Assembly: GCA_000091205.1 (NCBI GenBank)
Contig: AP006489.2
Length of the DNA stretch: 64,000 nucleotides
Source of the DNA: Cyanidioschyzon merolae
Lineage: Eukaryota
Strand: one strand, 5' to 3'
Below the pieces are notes generated by a model. It had not been told where the DNA came from. It did not search any database and saw only the letters and a list, made by a program, of their open reading frames with translations. This document shows, in pieces, positions 1 through 11,980 of the stretch. The position numbers were made by a program, and so were the translations under genes. Each line of letters begins with the position of its first letter. The stretch's first letter is position 1.

Positions 1-1244
1 GGATTTGGTGCGAATGCTTGTCTGCTTTTCCAGGAAGCAACGGACTAGGGTGCTACCTTCAATGACGTACCTGCATTGCTAATACCGCATCGTTGGCACG
101 CGCGAACATGTCAACCGGTGCGTCGGTGAAGGAGGCGAAACGTCCCATGGAGTGCGACCCGGCGAGCAAACACCGCCAGAGGACACGCGGTAGACGCAGC
201 ATCGTAGGACACCGCGGGGGCAACAAGCTACGATCCCCCGAAGAGAAGCCTCGTTCATGTTTATGGAACGTATGGGTCCGGACACGACGACGATTGCAAC
301 CGTGGGTGTCGATCATCGTCGAGGTCTCGCAGATTACCGCTTCATTGCATGGGCACGATACCCTAAAGCAAAAATTGCCGCAGGATTCGCGGTATGCTTT
401 TGCAGCGGATGCAGAGGCTCGTGCTGGCTAGCAGTTGCTCGCTAGAAAGCAGCGAGCGTAGAGCTGGCCAACTATGCGCAAACTCGTGGGGATCAGCGGC
501 CAGCTAGTATCCCATCGCACTCTAGTCCGTTGTATGTCTAGGGCTGCTAGCTGGAGCGCAACCCCAAGCGTCCGCTGCCTCCAGAGTCGCGCTGCTTCCC
601 CAGTTCACGTCCAGTTGGCTAGAGGTACGTCATCTCCACGCCCGAACAGTAGTCTATCAGGTATCCCGAACCGGAACCTCGAACGAGCGCGTGACGTCAA
701 CGGATGGAGTCCTTACTTCCGGGGGCCTCAATTTCGTACCATCATCCGATCCGTGAGCGCTCCATACGTGCGTGAAGCGCCAGTCCCAGACTTGGCAACT
801 GCTAGTGCGCAACGCCCTTCACCTCCGCAAGTGTTACGTTGAGCCTGCATCCAACGCAAGTTACAGCTGCGGTTGGATGACCCTAAGCTTCAAAGCGTCC
901 GAAAACGAGAAATTGCTCCACGACACCTGCTCTTTAGGGCGCTCGGCCTCAGGGCACCCGCTTCCCCGCCCAGAAACCGCAACCCCTCGAAATGCTGGCA
1001 AGTGCCCGCGCGATCCCAGCTTCACGAGGATCGCTCACTGATCTGCTGGGAAAGCGAAACATCGTACACTGTCGTGTTGCTAGGTTGTACTGGGTTTCAA
1101 AGCTGACCAGCACTCAGGGTCAGGCGAAGCAACGTTCGCATCAGTCGCTCATCATTGTCAGCGTCATCCAAACGTGGTTCTAGAGCTCGTTGGTTACGAC
1201 GCTCTGGGAGGCGGCTGTGTCAGCACCGACCAGCCGAGCATACC

Positions 1245-4200
1245 ATGTCGGTCGCGAAACGAAAACGAAGACCTGCTGTGCAGGAGCTTCACGGACATGT
1301 CGAAGGCTGGGACGGTCCCGAGTACGCATTCTTGCTGCCGGTAGGCGCTGCTGCGTGGCGTCTGCGTTTCGACGCATGGTCAGGTGCCCTGGCCGGCTCT
1401 ACCGTCGTGCCGGAGCGGGAGCCCGTGGAGGGTTCGGCTTTTCCGGCTCAGGCGGGCCGTCAGTTCTCAGTAGAGGGTTTCCTCACTAGCACGAGGAGGC
1501 TGTCAGTGCATACAGCGCCAAAATCGCAGGCAGAGGCGGAGGCGGACGTACAGCTGAGACCCTGCGACCCGCGCAAGCACCCCGACTCGTTGGGAACGGG
1601 ACATTGCAGGCTTCGCCTTCTTCCCGCGTTTCCGTCAGACGCGAATGATGCGAATGATGAACGAACATTGATCGTTTTGCATCTGAATAGGGCGATAACA
1701 GAAGCCTACCTTGTAGCCCAGTTTGGGCGCTACGGTCCCGTAGAGCAGGCGCTCGTGCATTGCGACGAGCGGGGCACCCCCATGGGATTTGCGAGCATCC
1801 GCATGAAGTCCAAAGACGCGTGCCGTCAAGCGCTTCGTGAAATGCACAACAAAATACTCATGGGCTCTCGAATACAAGTGTTTGTTGATCCAGGCGGAGA
1901 TACGGCTGCCGCTCGACGACGAGCGTTAATCGATAGAAGGAACCGCTGGGAGCAGGAGCAACGAGCACAACTGGAGAAGCATCGTCGGCCTGTTGAAGCA
2001 CAGGCGCTAGATGCAGCTGCCGGTGCTCGTGGCGTTCCCCACGCTAGCCAGCGACCTGCTGATCGATTGAGTTTGACGTCCGACCAGCAAGGCGCTAGTC
2101 CGGCGGCGAATGGCGCTAGAGCCGATACTCTTGGTGTACAGGGACCTGACGATCGACTGATTTTGGCGTCAGATCAGCAACGTACCAGCCCAGTAATGAC
2201 TGCAAGCAGCGCACAGCACGCTGCTGTGACTCGATATGCTTCACGAGACGAACGCGACCCTCGGCAACGAGCGACTTGCGCTGGGCGTCATGGTCTCGTA
2301 CGGAGCGTGCAAGCGTCTCTGGTGAATGACGCGAGTCGCCGTGCATTCGCTGACGCACCCGAACTGGATAGGGAGCGCCCAAATCACGCTGACAGGTCGG
2401 TTTCGGGTCTGGATGCGTACCGCTCAGCAACAGCACGAGGTACGATCGCCGGGAATGCCTCCCGTACTGAATCGGGGGTCAGCGTGGCCCGAACAGGGGC
2501 ACCAACCGCTGGTGGCAGCTTTTCCGAAGATGCCAGGGTCATTCAAGTGGCGGGCGTTCCGGTAAAGACGCCGAGATCCGTACTCATGTCGGCGTTTCGA
2601 CGATTCGGTAAGATTCTTCGGATCAAAGGATGTGCAGAGCCTGGGAAGCGCGATGCCAGCGAGTCAGCGGTAACGTCGACCGAAGCGGAATCGCAAACCC
2701 GTACGTTCCTCATGTACTTCAGAACGAGGGAGCAGGCGCTAGAAGCTGCAGCTCACATGGATCAGCACATGATCATGGGGAAGCGTGTTCGAGTCTCGTG
2801 TGTTGTCGACCAGGCAGTGGCGTCCGGTTCGCGTCCCGAAATTGGAAACGTCAGGGATGACGCTGTAGAGGGCGCAGGACATGCCCAGGGACTCTTGTCG
2901 AGAGCGTCGATGGGTGCAAATGGGCGACTGGTCCATTCGGGGGCATCTGGGCATCCATCTTGGAAGCGACTTTCAGAAAGAGGACGCAGCTGCACCAATG
3001 CGCCGTCAGGCGTTACCGAGGACGCTGCCGTACGGGGACGCGTCGCCGGAGACCGCACTTTATACAATGCAGCAAAGCCGGTCTGTCCGACAAACTTCTT
3101 GGTTTCCACTGAGATTCACGCGGTGCGTCTGAGCACGCTACCGTTCAATACACCGCACTATGAACTTAATGAGGCGTTGGCGAGCGCTCCCTGTTCTGTG
3201 CGAACTGTCGCTCGAGCGCCCTTCTGGTACGTCCTCTTCGCTGACGCCGCCGATTTGTATCGCTTTACACGTTGGCTTCGCAGTCGTAACCAGGAGCTGC
3301 TCGGTTGTAGCATTCTGTTCGAGGCTTGCCGGGTAACACTCGCAGAGGACGGCTCCGGAATCCACGAGGTGACGCTCATGAGGGCTGAGCGTTCCTTTGC
3401 GACGCGCCTGGAACTCCTGGATGCGATTGGCGACATCTTCGAAGGGCAAGTGCGTCATGCACTTCTGCGGGATCTGCATCGCGAGATTCTCGATAAGGTT
3501 GCACAACAAGTCATGGAGACGTTCGAGGCCCGCATGCGTGAAAAGCTCGCCCGTCAACGACTCGAATCCGGTGGCGACAAAGCAGCCAAACCTCCGCGAA
3601 TGGGATCCGTTTCGCTGGACGTACTACCCGAGCTGGCGATGAGGCAGCGTTCGCGACGTTCGCCGGGGTCCCAGCCAGGAGCACCCCCCGACCCGCAGTC
3701 AGCAGTCGAGAAGGGAGCGAGTGCCTCATCTGCGGTGGCAGAACTGGCCCGTTTATCATCGCGATCTTCACTCGATCGCGCTGCACACGACTCGCTCTCA
3801 GTATCGCTCTTGGAAGATGTGGCGCCCGACGAGGACCAGGTGTACCTGCAAAGAGTTTTAGAGTGCTGCTTCCAACCGACGGACGATGTGCCGCCTCAGC
3901 TGAGCGCTTCGATCGTCAGTACCCTGGACCAAGACAAAAGCGATATCGCTACGCGCTACCGCGAGCACTGGAGCCCGTATCTGGAAACCTTGTTCGATAC
4001 GCATGGAATATGTATCAAGCAGAAGCTGCAGGAACCAGAGCCGCCAGCAAACTCCACCGGCTGCGCGCGAACTGAAGGCTATGCGGCGTTTTCGCGTGAG
4101 CTCAAGGCATTCCGTTGGCGTCCGCCGAAACAAGTCATTATTCCGGCGGATGAGGCCCGGCGCTGGAGTGCCACCGGCAGCCTGCGTGGTACCCGCGTCG

Positions 4201-4700
4201 AGCAACGCCAGCTCCTCTCTGCGGTCAGTGATCGTGAACAGACCGTACTCTATCTGCAACAGCGCGAACGATTCCTGCGCTTCTACCGCTCTGGGATTCA
4301 TGGCTACGGCTTGTGGGCGCTCGAGGACATCCCCGCCGGTGACTACATCATTGAATACCGCGGGGAGCTGGTACGCTCTGCTGTGGCCGACCTACGCGAA
4401 CGTGCTTACCGCCAGCAGGGCATGGGCGACTCGTTCATGTTTCGTATCGACGCGGATACCGTTGTTGATGCAACCCACATTGGAAGCGTTGCCCGTTTCG
4501 TGAACCACAGCTGCGATCCGAACGCGATCGCCCGAATCGTGCAACTCGGTGGTGCATCCCATATTCTGTTTTACAGCAAGCGTTCGATCTGTGTGGGCGA
4601 GGAGATTACCTACGACTACAATTTTGATATTGAGGATGATGCCTCCGAGAAGGTACCATGTTTGTGTGGAGCACCCAATTGCCGTCAGTATTTGAACTGA
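1245..4700 (+). CDS. SET1: Set1-type histone H3K4 methyltransferase (RRM, N-SET-like region, C-terminal SET + post-SET)
   Basis: A long ORF ends in a canonical SET domain (GYGLWALEDI..., NHSCDPN, EEITYDYNF) followed immediately by post-SET cysteines (CLCGAPNCRQYLN) at the extreme C-terminus. An RRM-like segment lies upstream (LIVLHLNRAITEAYLVAQFGRYGPVEQALV...). The ORF-track start at 1155 is TTG, so the start was re-trimmed to the first ATG at 1245 (MSVAKRKRRP...). Confidence 0.8.
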   Translation: MSVAKRKRRPAVQELHGHVEGWDGPEYAFLLPVGAAAWRLRFDAWSGALAGSTVVPEREPVEGSAFPAQAGRQFSVEGFLTSTRRLSVHTAPKSQAEAEADVQLRPCDPRKHPDSLGTGHCRLRLLPAFPSDANDANDERTLIVLHLNRAITEAYLVAQFGRYGPVEQALVHCDERGTPMGFASIRMKSKDACRQALREMHNKILMGSRIQVFVDPGGDTAAARRRALIDRRNRWEQEQRAQLEKHRRPVEAQALDAAAGARGVPHASQRPADRLSLTSDQQGASPAANGARADTLGVQGPDDRLILASDQQRTSPVMTASSAQHAAVTRYASRDERDPRQRATCAGRHGLVRSVQASLVNDASRRAFADAPELDRERPNHADRSVSGLDAYRSATARGTIAGNASRTESGVSVARTGAPTAGGSFSEDARVIQVAGVPVKTPRSVLMSAFRRFGKILRIKGCAEPGKRDASESAVTSTEAESQTRTFLMYFRTREQALEAAAHMDQHMIMGKRVRVSCVVDQAVASGSRPEIGNVRDDAVEGAGHAQGLLSRASMGANGRLVHSGASGHPSWKRLSERGRSCTNAPSGVTEDAAVRGRVAGDRTLYNAAKPVCPTNFLVSTEIHAVRLSTLPFNTPHYELNEALASAPCSVRTVARAPFWYVLFADAADLYRFTRWLRSRNQELLGCSILFEACRVTLAEDGSGIHEVTLMRAERSFATRLELLDAIGDIFEGQVRHALLRDLHREILDKVAQQVMETFEARMREKLARQRLESGGDKAAKPPRMGSVSLDVLPELAMRQRSRRSPGSQPGAPPDPQSAVEKGASASSAVAELARLSSRSSLDRAAHDSLSVSLLEDVAPDEDQVYLQRVLECCFQPTDDVPPQLSASIVSTLDQDKSDIATRYREHWSPYLETLFDTHGICIKQKLQEPEPPANSTGCARTEGYAAFSRELKAFRWRPPKQVIIPADEARRWSATGSLRGTRVEQRQLLSAVSDREQTVLYLQQRERFLRFYRSGIHGYGLWALEDIPAGDYIIEYRGELVRSAVADLRERAYRQQGMGDSFMFRIDADTVVDATHIGSVARFVNHSCDPNAIARIVQLGGASHILFYSKRSICVGEEITYDYNFDIEDDASEKVPCLCGAPNCRQYLN

Positions 4701-5581
4701 GAACGACTGCGGGAGCTGCTCGGTGAACGACAGTTGAGCTGGAGCGACCAAGCGCGGCACACGCTCTTGCGAGAAACCGGTACCAGTTCTGAAACGCAGC
4801 ACTGCGGCAGGGGCCGCTCTACAAACGCTGCCTTGGGAACCGTCCAGGTGCTACAGGCGCTCGGGCTGCGACGCTCAGAGCTGTGTTTCTTCTCGAGCGT
4901 ACACAGCGCCTCTTACAGGAGCGATGCGCGTGTATCCTGGGGCACGGTACGCAGGCAGGGGTATTGCAAGCGTCCGGGGGCTCCCTGGATCCCAGCGCTT
5001 GCCATCGGCTGCGAGGCTATCCGGTATCACCAGAGCGCTGGAAATGGATCCGAGCTCCCCAGTGGCATCCGCGGAGCGACGTCCACGCGTGTTCAGCACC
5101 AGTCCAAGAGCGTGTACGCTTCAGTGCCTGGAGGAACTTGTAGAGCACGCCTACGCTACGGGACGCGGACGTTGCCTCCGTTCCGCTGGAAACGAAAGCT
5201 AGGATGCATCGAGCTTTGCTGGAGCGCCTGTGAACCGCCCGAGTCACTAACAATGAACGCGATGTGCCTATATCATTCGTTCCAAGTGAAACGCTTTCAT
5301 CTATGGCGTTCCCCGGGTGTGCAGCAGAACCCAGAATGAGCCGTTTGGCGCTCAGACTTGTCCTCGTGATGCCGAAGCTTGTTGCCAGCGCAGGTCTTAC
5401 GCCAGTCCCTTATCGAAGCGCTCTTCTAGTCCGAAGCGTCTCTACAAAACCTAGGAGAAACGTCCTGCTCCCAGTACACACACACACACACCATAAACCG
5501 CTTAGGCTGGTGCGGTACGGAGAGTACCGCCCGCAGCTGTTTCGTGGCATCCGCGTTCTCTATTGAAACGCGGTGAACCTC

Positions 5582-6166
5582 ATGTGTTTGCGACACGTGC
5601 AGCGCGTTTCTCTCCTTCTGTTTCTCGGGTTTGCGGTACTTCTTGAGTTTGTGCCCAGTGAGGTGCACGGCTTCAGCTCCAACGACGTTCGAGCGAGACG
5701 CACTGTGTTTGTGGTCCACCCGCGCAGAGGCGGTACGCACCGTGTCTCGCTCGATACACCTCCGAACCCGGCAACGACGTGTACGTTTCGGTATGAGCAG
5801 GTGCAAGGTGCAACTCCGGAGACCTGGGAGCTTTTGATTTACGGAGATCGCACAGTAGGCGAGCTCGCTTGTCGAGCTCGGCGACTACCAGCGGCTCAAG
5901 CGACTGAACTTGGCGAGAACTTGGACGGTACCGGGATCGACTTAGCAGCCGAGCACGACTACGCTGCCCCGTCTTATCTGCTTTTCGAGGATATGCAGCT
6001 CGAACTTGGTGATAACGCGACGACAGTGATCGAAGCAGTGGCCTTCGACTCAAGCGGCGTACGGCTGGCGACCAGCGACCTCGTGTCGAGCGGTTCACAA
6101 CTGCGGACGCGTTCGGGGTTCATGGGAAATCTTCGAAGCGTGATGCTGAAGGCGCTACTTTACTGA
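5582..6166 (+). CDS. hypothetical protein with N-terminal signal-peptide-like hydrophobic segment
   Basis: The ORF track starts it with GTG at 5573. The first ATG (5582) gives MCLRHVQRVSLLLFLGFAVLLEFVPSEVHG..., a hydrophobic signal-like N-terminus. I recognise no domain. Confidence 0.3.
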   Translation: MCLRHVQRVSLLLFLGFAVLLEFVPSEVHGFSSNDVRARRTVFVVHPRRGGTHRVSLDTPPNPATTCTFRYEQVQGATPETWELLIYGDRTVGELACRARRLPAAQATELGENLDGTGIDLAAEHDYAAPSYLLFEDMQLELGDNATTVIEAVAFDSSGVRLATSDLVSSGSQLRTRSGFMGNLRSVMLKALLY

Positions 6167-6692
6167 CTCGATGCCTGGCGCTTACTGGTTTCGCTATCCT
6201 GCGCACATTGCGGGTGACTGCGGTGGAAGCGATGAGGTCTTAAGCGGAGATGTTGTGACCGCGCGACTGGCACAAGCGAGACAGAGAAGAAACCGGCGGC
6301 TTGATGTCCCGCACACACACCCCCCCGCCTGCTTGCATACAGTGGAACGATTGTTGGCAGGTATAGATGTAATGACGCGATATAGCAAGCATGCTTGTCT
6401 AGCGTGATGAGAGAAGCGCGCACATCGCTGACGCTGGTGCCACAAGCGCAGCTGCTGTCTACCTGTTTGAGGGTGTATGGCCAGGGGTCACGGATTGCGG
6501 GCATTGCCAAGCGCCGGGGTTGTTGCTGTGTGTATGTGTATGTGTGTGTGGTATACTTACAGGCCATGTCGTCTTGCACGTCGCGAGTCTGAAAGACTCA
6601 CGAGTTTTTGCTAGATAAAAGAGATGCTCTGGTGTACACTGGTTCATTATGGCGGTGCGCTGATAGATGCAGGCATCGCGTTATTCAACGTG

Positions 6693-8303
6693 CGATGACT
6701 TTTGAAGTACATGGAACGTATAGCCATGTTTGATTTTGTTTGTTTTTCTGGCAGGTATGCAACGAAAGGAATGCGTTTCGCAGACTGGGGAAAGGTCGGC
6801 AAGAGGCTCGATGGCGCCACTACTGGCTAGCGAAGAGAGGCCTTCGCATCAGAAGCAGCACAGAGTGCCTCCCTGGGGTCCGAGTGCACGAGCCACCTTT
6901 TGCGTCCGTTCGATATAGACCGCAAATATCAGACCAAGGCTCATGATCGCATCGTAGACTCTTCTGCATGGAGCTTTACGACCACCACCGTAGTGAGCAG
7001 CGGCAGATATCTGCGACCAATACGAAGCATTCGAGCAACACCGCAAAGCGCACTGGCGAGATACCTTGCTGTTAACCGAGAGGAAACGGGAAGACGTGTT
7101 TGCGAGGACGTCAAAGACCGGACGGAATATCAATCTGTATGCACATTGCGCAGCATCTGGACCAGCGTCTACCAAAGAGACTCATTCGCACCCGTTCAGC
7201 CCAGATGAAGACAACGTCTTCGCGATGGTGGTGTTCGTGCATCCCGAATCCAGGTGCATCGAAGCACTCGCCGTACCTGTAGATCAAGAGCACGGAGCCA
7301 GCGACCCAGGAAGAAACCAGATGAAGCTGCTCGATCTCCGGGGATTCTCTCTGGTAGGCAGCTGGGAATGATCGGCACCAGAGGGTATACCAGAAAATGG
7401 AATGCTGTTATCAGCACCAATCGCGACGCTCCGAGCTCTGCATCCAGCAGCGGGCGATGCTTGCGTCCGTTTCATTCAGAGCGTGCCAAAAACGTCCAAA
7501 CAGTTGATGCACGCGATACTCAGCGGGAATTCGGGACACCGCACCGGAGTCGCCGACAGTTTCGGCCGTATGGAGGCAACAAGCGCGCAAGTGTCGGGTT
7601 CTTCACTGATTTCGAACAGAAAATGACGAGAGGTTTGCGTCGTTTCGCGATAGCCTTCGGCGCTGGGCTTGAAGTTGCGCACACGCCCTGAACTCCTGCG
7701 CTCCGTCGACGAAAGCCGGCAGTGCGCACGGGAATCTGCGCTATACGATTCCCATCGGTGACTGAATCCCGGGCGACATCGATGCATCACGAGCGTGGGT
7801 GCTTGCTGCGACACGAATAGAAACAATCGTATGAAACAGCGTCGGATGCACGCCATGGTGTCCAGAAGGCTGAGCGGACGTCAGTTGGCGAGGCAATCGA
7901 AAAGCATTGCCCAGCTCGTGTGTGATGCCACCGGCTATCATGCACGCGAGCTCTCTCTCTCTCTGTGACGACTCGAACGCCTCCATTATTCACTGGGTAT
8001 GACCAGTGCTTCGAGAGCGTCCAGCGGCCTTGTGTCGAGCGAACGTTCCCGAAAATCGTTTCGTAATCAGCCTGGGCATCTTGCTGAAAAGCTGCAGCCT
8101 TGCGTCCAGAAACACAATGCATCAGTGACCAGGAGAACGCGCACTGGATGCTCACCCCGCAGGAACACACCGCTGTGCTTCGGGTGAGCAATCCATCAAG
8201 GCTGCAGCGACGTGCACCCATCCACCGGTAACGGTATTCCTCAACAGTATTTGAGCGATCATGGGGTTCCACGAATCAACTGTAGAGCGTATATCGCACA
8301 GCG
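6693..8303. repeat. Inverted repeat 1, arm A (~1.6 kb). It is a near-identical reverse complement of 12950-14551.
   Basis: Every ORF-track entry in 6730-8505 has a mirror-image twin on the opposite strand in 12674-14520 that differs by 0-1 aa; for example 7066..7371(+) equals 13879..14184(-). I located the boundaries by reverse-complement comparison: outer end ~6693 (..gatgacttttgaagtacatgg), inner end ~8303 (..gtagagcgtatatcgcac). Confidence 0.85.
7951..7964. repeat. (CT)7 microsatellite inside IR1 arm A. The arm B copy (13284-13299) is one dinucleotide longer.
   Basis: Arm A reads gcgag(ct)7gtgacg. Arm B reads cgtcacac(ag)7ctcgc, i.e. 16 nt versus 14 nt. This 2-nt difference explains why the mirrored ORFs of the two arms diverge after ...RVVT(E/Q)RER. 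Confidence 0.8.
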
Positions 8304-9161
8304 GTTGCCGTATCTGCCTAGGTGCTCGAAGATACTTGCCCGCAGAAACGCTGCTTGGTTTCGCGACACCTGAATTCGACTGGTAGGCAGGGGCCTGCAA
8401 TGCGCCGCCATCGGGGATGGAGAAACAGTTGCTTCGGAAGCCGCTTTCTAACAGGCCGTTACAATCAGACAGCACCGGTTTGGGAACTCGCGTCGACGTC
8501 GGCAAGTCTGTACTGCCTCAATGCAGCGGCCTCGATAAAGCCGGCACTCAGTAAAATGCCGGTTCTACTGAGTTTCGATTTTATCGGCGAACCCTGTTCT
8601 GGGCATGGCTGTTGTAAAGGCATCTGCAGAAGCGGGAGTGCATACGTCCACAGCGGCTTCCGTTTTGCACATTGGGCCGTGTCTGATTGAATGCATCGAT
8701 CACCTCCCGTGAAAATTCCTTTGAGAAAAGACTACAACGGAGGCGCTTCCATCCATGCCGCCCTCTGGCGGCAACAGATCCGCCTAATCCCCATCGCAGG
8801 GTACCAGGTGCAGTACTGCGGACAAGTGATATCCGCGGAAGCGACACTCCAGCCGACATCAGCCGCCTGCATTGATCGAAGTGACCGCCGCTTCTCACTC
8901 GACCATGCACTGTGTGAGCATTCGAGAGCAGCACGCAATTCATCACATACTATGTTCGACAAAGCCTGCGGTGTGCATTTCGCCAGAGATGCCAAAGACA
9001 AAACCGTTGTCGATGGCGGCTGGCCGAACCAGTTCAAAAAAGCGTCTCCAGGCATCTCTGAAGTTGTACGTTATGGAGCTTCGGGCCGAGAATCCGCATG
9101 CACTGCTCAGCGGCACGCCGCAGAATGTCCCGACGAGAACGTGCCTACACCACACCAGCCT

Positions 9162-9998
9162 TCAAGATAGGATAGACTCATCTTCGTCGTCAAGGACGCG
9201 CAAACTGGCCACTTCTACGATTCCTTGTTGATTTGTTTCGCGCTGAACGATTTCCTCGATCTCTCGAAACGCCCCAGGATCCGCCTGCACCGTCCAGAGA
9301 AGGGCACCGCCAGGCAACCACTCTTCCGACTCGCTCTCTACTGCGGCGCTGCCATCTTTCATTCGTACCGAGTCCGAACGAGAGGAACTGTGTGTACCGT
9401 CAGTTTCGCCTTGCTGCAACGGCTCCAGCCGGGCCTTGACCGCTTTGGCATCCCGCTGACTCGGTACGTGAATACGTAGACGCAGTCGTGCGCGCTCGAG
9501 GTCTAGACCACTCTGGGCTCGTAAGAGCGGTATCACTTCGAGCGCTTGTGCTTTTGCTGGTCGATTCGGCTGCACGGCAAAGTGGATCTCGCGAAGCGCT
9601 TTCTCAATGAGCCCAACAGGGAGCGGTTTCTTGGTCTCGCGACTGATGGTTTTCGCCGCCACAACACTCGCAATTTCATGAAGCTTTCGAGTGCTCTGGT
9701 ACTGGCGCTCGCGGTCCGACACCTGCAAGTCGCCGTGGAGCAGAATCTGGAGCAGCACAGCGTGCCGATCCCTGGTGCCAAAACAGCGCTCGAGGTCTGC
9801 GTTTGCGGCTAGTTTTCCCTTGGACACGTTCTCAAACACGTCCTCTACCTGGATCACCTCGTCGAGATCGCGAACGTGCCCCTCACGGTACGCCATAACC
9901 ATGTTCGGGTAGCATGCGATTTCGAAACGCTTGCCTCCTTTGCGCATGCGCACAACGCTCACGTTTGTAAGCCGTTTCTGAGTCACTGGTTGGAACAT
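9162..9998 (-). CDS. SBDS: SBDS/Sdo1 ribosome maturation factor
   Basis: [40 protein letters not shown]...LQVSDRERQ... aligns along its whole length with the SBDS family (human [36 protein letters not shown]...). The start was trimmed from the TTG/GTG-extended ORF (10046) to the ATG at 9998, which I checked as cat on the plus strand. Confidence 0.85.
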   Translation of the reverse strand: [278 protein letters not shown]

Positions 9999-11980
9999 GA
10001 TCACCCAGGAGAGGTTTCCTAGTTGTAAAATAGGTACACAGGCCACGAGCTGGCCCAGAAGGACCCCTACGCTCGGAGTGAATCAAGCAAATACCTCCAC
10101 AAGCACGAACGCTCCTGCGAGTACCACCACGCTGAACACCAGTCGAGCAGGAGCGAGTGGGCGCGCGGCGTCCGCTGGCGACGTGTCCGTTTTCCGGTAA
10201 CGCCACCGCTGCAGCGCGCCGGTCAGAGGCGTCACGCTCCTGTGACGCCTTAGGGGCATGCAAACGGCCCTGACAGCGATAGGATCGGTACCCGCGAACT
10301 GGATGAGGCGATTCCTCCCATGATTTGTTTGCTGAAGGTAGCGCTTGCTTGCTCGTGCTCGATGGCATGCTACAGGGTGCATGCCAGATGGCGAATGATG
10401 TTCGGTTCATTGGTCGATGTGGATCGTCATGGACGAGATGAGACTAGGGAAGAGGAGGCGGCAGGATATCTGGCGATCCGCGGCGTCGCTTGTCCATCGA
10501 CGCGTAAGGCTCGTGTGCGGCGGCCGTTCGCTCTCGAAAATGGGCCATATGCTCCATCGGATATCCAGGTGCACGAAGGCTAGCGTATGCTATCTCTGCG
10601 GAAGCGCGTCCGAACATGAAGATCAATCATAATCCATCGCTGGTTGATACTTTGAGCGCTGCATACGCATCGGGACGCGCTGGAATTCGGGTACAGATGA
10701 CCACGCACGCGTCCGCTGTGCTGCTCGGTGAGCGGGCGGTTGCGTTCACCAAAGTGCAGCCACGAGATGAAACGAGGTCGACGAGACTGCTTGGAAGCTC
10801 TCAGGGTGTTGCGACAGGTCGCTTTGTGGGCTACTGCTACCCACTGGATGCGGCGGAGACTCAAACGCACTCGCATGATTGCTATGAGCATCGCAGGGAT
10901 GCCAGCGGGAATCACGAGGCATCTGTCGCTCAGAGAGCCCTCGATCACGAACAGGAATGGAGTGTTTCGAGTGCTGTACAGCGCAAGAGCGGACGCCAAG
11001 AATCAGAACCCTGGAGATGCATTCAGAAACGCGTGCCGGCTGGTGCCTATCCTTGGGAGGAAGATCCGGCGAATTGTGCATGTCCATACTGGGGCGTGCT
11101 GCGCCAAGTCCCGTATCGCGTACCGACAGGGTCACCTTCACTCGATCGCAAATTGGAGACTCGACCCCAGGATTCATCCTCACAACCGAGTTTCTCGAAT
11201 GCATCGCGCCGCGAAAGCAGGTCTGTGTCCGCTGACTGCTCGAGCACAACCTGACAGTAAAAAAACCGGCCTCGCGCCCGATAGACCACACCCCGAGCTG
11301 ACACCCACTCTAGCATTGCAAAGTTGCCCTGTGTACGTGCAGCACCAGCTCTAGAGGCGCTATTGTGAACGCGAATGGCAGACACGGCGCACGATGCCGT
11401 GTGCGCAATGACCACCAGCACCACCACCATCGACCAGCAGGATGGTAAATGGAACTCGCTCATCGTGCATGGATCAATGGACGTTTCCCGAAACGCCAAT
11501 CTCAACGACTACGTCGGGAATTCCCTGGTCCGCATAAACCTGCTATCAGTCAAAGCGAATGCTGCGGGGTACCAGCATCATCGCCACAGGCACCATTCCA
11601 GGTAGCGAGCACGCGATCGCGGCAGCATCGAGCGCCACGCGACGTGGCGGGAAATGCGACACGCAGCCCAGATGTGCGATGCGTGATTGGCGCGTTTGCG
11701 GCAGTGCTCACGCAGGCTATCACTAATAGCGTTTCCAGGCGCTCTTTTCGATTTGTGCCACTCACTGGTGCTGTTCGTTGTGACGCTGAGTTCACGCAAC
11801 ATCAGCTCAGCTCGCTTACTCGAGACTCGAATCTGGTTACTGACTGCTGCCCGATCGTTGAGGTGTTCGAGTCTCGGAGCTATTGGAACGAGAACATTCG
11901 GGTGCTGACCCACAGGGTCCCGTTCGAGCACTGCGCGCTGTGAACGGCGTTATAGAAACGCACGAGGCAAAGTGCTGCAT

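Noticed and set aside
6693-8303. Possibility that the IR1 arms are rRNA or snRNA genes
   Set aside because: I scanned for universal SSU/LSU/5.8S/5S and U-snRNA signature strings and found none.
6730-8505. Numerous 60-180-aa ORFs inside the IR1 arms (e.g. 7254..7691, 7476..7856, 7787..8272) and their mirror images in arm B
   Set aside because: They occur on both strands and in overlapping frames. They have Arg/Cys/Ser-rich non-protein-like composition. A dinucleotide length difference between the arms breaks the frame without consequence. This is typical of spurious ORFs in GC-rich non-coding DNA.
10616-11354. Overlapping ORFs 10616..11254(+), 10728..11354(+), 10746..11291(-) and 11047..11505(-) between SBDS and MND1
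   Set aside because: The frames overlap one another on both strands, they are low-complexity, and none has a recognisable domain. I cannot decide which, if any, is a real gene. The region may simply be the shared promoter of the divergent SBDS and MND1 genes.
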